DNA of 20,000 nucleotides, taken from IMG/VR virus record IMGVR_UViG_3300047510_001499; one strand, 5' to 3'. A program made the position numbers and the translations under genes. Under the pieces are notes generated by a model, which saw only the letters and a list, made by a program, of their open reading frames with translations, was not told where the DNA came from and did no database searches. The DNA is from an uncultured virus (IMG/VR IMGVR_UViG_3300047510_001499). Taxonomy: Duplodnaviria > Heunggongvirae > Uroviricota > Caudoviricetes. How positions within the stretch are numbered: position 1 is the first letter of the stretch; every line of letters begins with the position of its first letter. Below are positions 17,042-20,000 of this stretch, one piece after another.

Positions 17042-20000
17042 ATGGGAAATTTAATTAAAGAGTGGGTTAGGGGAATTCTTGTTGAAGAAGTAAAACAAGA
17101 AGTAGTAGTTTATGCTGGAAGGTTTCAACCATTTCACAAAGGACACTACGCTACCTATGAACATTTGGTAAAAAAGTTTGGTAAGCAAAATGTCTTTGTT
17201 GGGACCTCAAATCAACAAGGTGGTCCAAGACATCCATTTAATTTTAAAGAAAAACGAGAAATTATGATGAAGATGTTTAACATCCCATCATCACAAATTG
17301 TCCAAGTAAAAAACCCATACCAACCAAGTGAGGTTTTAAATAAATTTGATTCTAAAACCACCGCATTTATCACGGTAGTTGGTGAAAAGGATGAGGCTCG
17401 TTTGGGTGGTAAATACTTTAAGAAATACGATGGTAAGCCCGAAAGTGGATATCTTGATAACGGATATGTGTATGTATCCCCGGCACAACCAAACGCAATA
17501 AGCGGAACTGATGTTCGTAATTGGTTATCAGCATCAGATGATTCTCAAAGAAAAGCTGGATTCAAGAAAGCATACCCAAAGTTTGACCCAAAGATTTACA
17601 ATTTAATTTCAACAAGGTTAATGAAGATTGAATCCGTAATGGAATCGTTCTTTAAATCATTTGATGTTGAATCTCTTTTAGAGGGCTCTCTTTATGGGGC
17701 AGATGCTGGTGAACCCGACACTATGTTTGTATTGCCAGGAAAAACTCGCAAACTTGGAATGAAAAATCCAGGTCAAAAAGATGATGTGTGGTTTGTAAAT
17801 GGTGGTTATGTTCAAATGCACTTTCCGGTAGCTGATGTGATTGTTTCACCTGATGCAAAGGGGTCATCTGATTACTACCAATATTCATCCAAACGAAATA
17901 TCCGTAATAATACCGATTTGGAAATCCCACCCGTAAGTGATGACTTTACAACGGCTAAACAGGGTAGAAAACAAGTTGATGTTCAAGACCTCAAAACCGA
18001 AGGTTCTACTATGGGACCAATTTCACTTGATATGGTTGATAATGGTCCTGCGTTTTCTTGGGCAAGTAAAGAAAAATACCAATCTGCAAATAACGAAATT
18101 GCAAAACGATTGGGATTTGAAGTAGTTGATTGGATGTTGGGAACTGACTTGGAAACTCAATTTGTTCAAGACCGACCAACACAAGTTTCTTACTATCCAA
18201 AAAGTAATAGACCTGCAAATAAAGACTACTCTGATTGGAAATCTGATATTGAAAAAACAGCCACCGCTGTTGGTGTTGAGTTTATAAATTTTCTTGATAA
18301 AAAACAAATTGGATTAAACGAAGACCTTTTCGGAACATCGTTAAAAATGAAACCATATGAAACCTTGATGGTTAAATCCGTTATTGAATTTATGATGGAT
18401 AAGTATAATTTTAATGCAAAGATTATAGTAAAGAAAAAAGAAAAAGTTGGATTGATAGGTGATATATCCTTAAATTCAAATTCAGTAGATGGAAATAAAT
18501 TTTATTTACACTTTAATCCCAATCAGTCATATCAGAGAATAATTCAAACAATGATACACGAGTTGACTCATATCAAACAAGTTTCCAGAAAAGAATTATT
18601 ACCAAATAAAGACTATACCGCAATACTTTGGAAGGGTAAAGAATACATAACTGCAAAAGACTATAATAAGTTAATGAAGTCAAGTCCTTCGGAGTATATC
18701 AAATTACCTTGGGAAGTTGAAGCTATTTCAAATATGAAAAGTTTGTATCCTCAATTTATAAAATCAAAATATTGGTTGGGATTAAAGGGTAAGGACTCTA
18801 CATTAGATTATATTATCAATACAAACGAAAATGTATTAAAAGAATCTTTATTGGTTGAAGGTGGTGCGTATGGTCATATGGCTCACCCATTTGATACTGA
18901 AATGAATTTAACTTTTGGTGACTTAAAACAAATCATCAACGGAGCCCTAACGGGCGAATTAGAACTTGCAAGAGAAAAGACCGATGGTCAAGCCCTTGCT
19001 ATTTCGTGGAGAGATGATAAGGGTTTAATTGCAGCAAGAAACAAAGGACACCTTGCTAATCGTGGTGAAAAGGCATTGGACATTAGCGGTATTGCTTCAA
19101 AGTTTGGTGGTAGAGGTGGTTTGACCGACGCATACAACTTTGCAATGAAAGACCTTACATCAGCTATCAAAGGTTTATCAAAAGCACAACGAGACAAAAT
19201 CTTCAAACAAGGTGCAAAGTTTATGAACCTTGAAGTAATCTGGCCAACATCGGTCAATGTAATCCCTTATGGTCAAGCCCTTTTGGTATTCCACAATACG
19301 ACTGAATACAACGAAGCTGGTATAGCTATTGGTGCTGACCAAAGTGATGCAAAGGTTCTTGCTGGGATGATTAAACAAGTTAATGCTGATGTTCAATCAA
19401 AATACACAATCCAAGGACCGCCGGTAACCCAATTACCAAAGTCGCAAAAACTTACATCTTTAAAATCAAAATTTGATGGTCAGTTGAATAAACTTCAAAA
19501 AGAATTTAATTTGAAAGATACTGATGGTGTTGCAGAATATCACCAAAAGTGGTGGGAAAATTTTGTAGATACAAAATCACCATCAACACTTGATAACAAA
19601 ACTAAAATGGGTCTTGTTAAAAGATGGGCGTTCTACGATAAAGGGTTCCGTTTGGACAGTAAAACCATCACCGACCCTAAAGTGTTGACTTGGGCTCAAG
19701 GTATAGATAAAAACGACCACGCCAAAATTCAAAAAGATAATATTAGACCATTTGAAGATATTTTCTTGGGTGTTGGTGCCGAAGTTCTTTCGTTTATGAG
19801 TTCAGTTTTAACTGCAAATCCTGATGCTGCTGTTAGAAGTATGAAAGACCGACTTGACCAAACAGTTAAGGACGTTCAAAAAGCAGGTGACCCAAAGAAA
19901 ATTGCAAAACTAAAATTAGAATTAGAACGACTTGCCGCTATTGGTGGTAAAGACAAAATTGTTCCTAATGAGGGTATCGTATTTGTGTATAAAGGTAATA
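17042..20000 (+). CDS. Multidomain protein, 3'-truncated (>986 aa): HxGH nucleotidyltransferase + two unknown modules + zincin metallopeptidase + ATP-dependent ligase-like domain
   Basis: Missing from the ORF track; hand-translated with no stop from ATG 17042 (MGNLIKEWVRGILVEEVKQEVVVYAGRFQPFHKGH...) to 20000. Motifs: GRFQPFHKGH 17117-17146, ISGTDVR 17498-17518, HELTH 18557-18571 with downstream PWEVEA, EKTDG 18974-18988, NLEVI, LVFH and EGIV 19970-19981. Confidence 0.88.
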   Translation, partial: MGNLIKEWVRGILVEEVKQEVVVYAGRFQPFHKGHYATYEHLVKKFGKQNVFVGTSNQQGGPRHPFNFKEKREIMMKMFNIPSSQIVQVKNPYQPSEVLNKFDSKTTAFITVVGEKDEARLGGKYFKKYDGKPESGYLDNGYVYVSPAQPNAISGTDVRNWLSASDDSQRKAGFKKAYPKFDPKIYNLISTRLMKIESVMESFFKSFDVESLLEGSLYGADAGEPDTMFVLPGKTRKLGMKNPGQKDDVWFVNGGYVQMHFPVADVIVSPDAKGSSDYYQYSSKRNIRNNTDLEIPPVSDDFTTAKQGRKQVDVQDLKTEGSTMGPISLDMVDNGPAFSWASKEKYQSANNEIAKRLGFEVVDWMLGTDLETQFVQDRPTQVSYYPKSNRPANKDYSDWKSDIEKTATAVGVEFINFLDKKQIGLNEDLFGTSLKMKPYETLMVKSVIEFMMDKYNFNAKIIVKKKEKVGLIGDISLNSNSVDGNKFYLHFNPNQSYQRIIQTMIHELTHIKQVSRKELLPNKDYTAILWKGKEYITAKDYNKLMKSSPSEYIKLPWEVEAISNMKSLYPQFIKSKYWLGLKGKDSTLDYIINTNENVLKESLLVEGGAYGHMAHPFDTEMNLTFGDLKQIINGALTGELELAREKTDGQALAISWRDDKGLIAARNKGHLANRGEKALDISGIASKFGGRGGLTDAYNFAMKDLTSAIKGLSKAQRDKIFKQGAKFMNLEVIWPTSVNVIPYGQALLVFHNTTEYNEAGIAIGADQSDAKVLAGMIKQVNADVQSKYTIQGPPVTQLPKSQKLTSLKSKFDGQLNKLQKEFNLKDTDGVAEYHQKWWENFVDTKSPSTLDNKTKMGLVKRWAFYDKGFRLDSKTITDPKVLTWAQGIDKNDHAKIQKDNIRPFEDIFLGVGAEVLSFMSSVLTANPDAAVRSMKDRLDQTVKDVQKAGDPKKIAKLKLELERLAAIGGKDKIVPNEGIVFVYKGN

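Larger units (their letters stand above)
1..20000 (+). mobile_element. Segment of a large tailed bacteriophage genome (myovirus/jumbo-phage-like), possibly with a Bacteroidota host
   Basis: All credible genes are on + with gaps of at most about 50 bp. Content is baseplate/fibre-like proteins, endonuclease I, a short phage-type primase and a gp47/gp46-like nuclease-ATPase. No cellular housekeeping operon or integrase is seen. Confidence 0.9.

Noticed and set aside
942..19396. Short alternative-frame and minus-strand ORFs in the track (e.g. 15649-16152, 14500-14817, 17937-18125, 18988-19257)
   Set aside because: All overlap long, motif-bearing + strand genes and show no recognisable motifs; they are consistent with shadow ORFs.
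1..20000. tRNA, rRNA, structured ncRNA or intrinsic terminators
   Set aside because: Intergenic gaps are at most about 50 bp and AT-rich, with no GC hairpin plus U-tract or cloverleaf seen.

Overview
The whole window reads as one co-oriented (+ strand), densely packed, AT-rich segment of a large tailed phage (myovirus/jumbo-phage-like) using the standard genetic code. Bases 1-10054 are a virion tail/baseplate/fibre module: a 5'-truncated baseplate wedge-like giant, tail-collar-like paralogues, LamG lectin-fold proteins and a C1q/TNF-like fibre. Bases 10072-14623 are a DNA metabolism trio: a T7 gp3-like endonuclease I, a TOPRIM primase with a degenerate zinc finger and a single-chain SbcD-SbcC (Mre11-Rad50) fusion. 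Another probable virion protein follows (14639-17023). The most interesting element is absent from the supplied ORF track: an ORF open from 17042 past the window end (>986 aa). It strings together an HxGH nucleotidyltransferase, two unknown modules, a HExxH zincin and a KxDG ligase-superfamily domain, with L-x-E-type motifs at the junctions, suggesting a capsid-packaged polyprotein cut by the prohead protease. A Bacteroidota-type promoter precedes the primase, and a GATA(T/C)TTAT motif precedes three putative late genes. All calls come from manual motif reading; no database searches were run.
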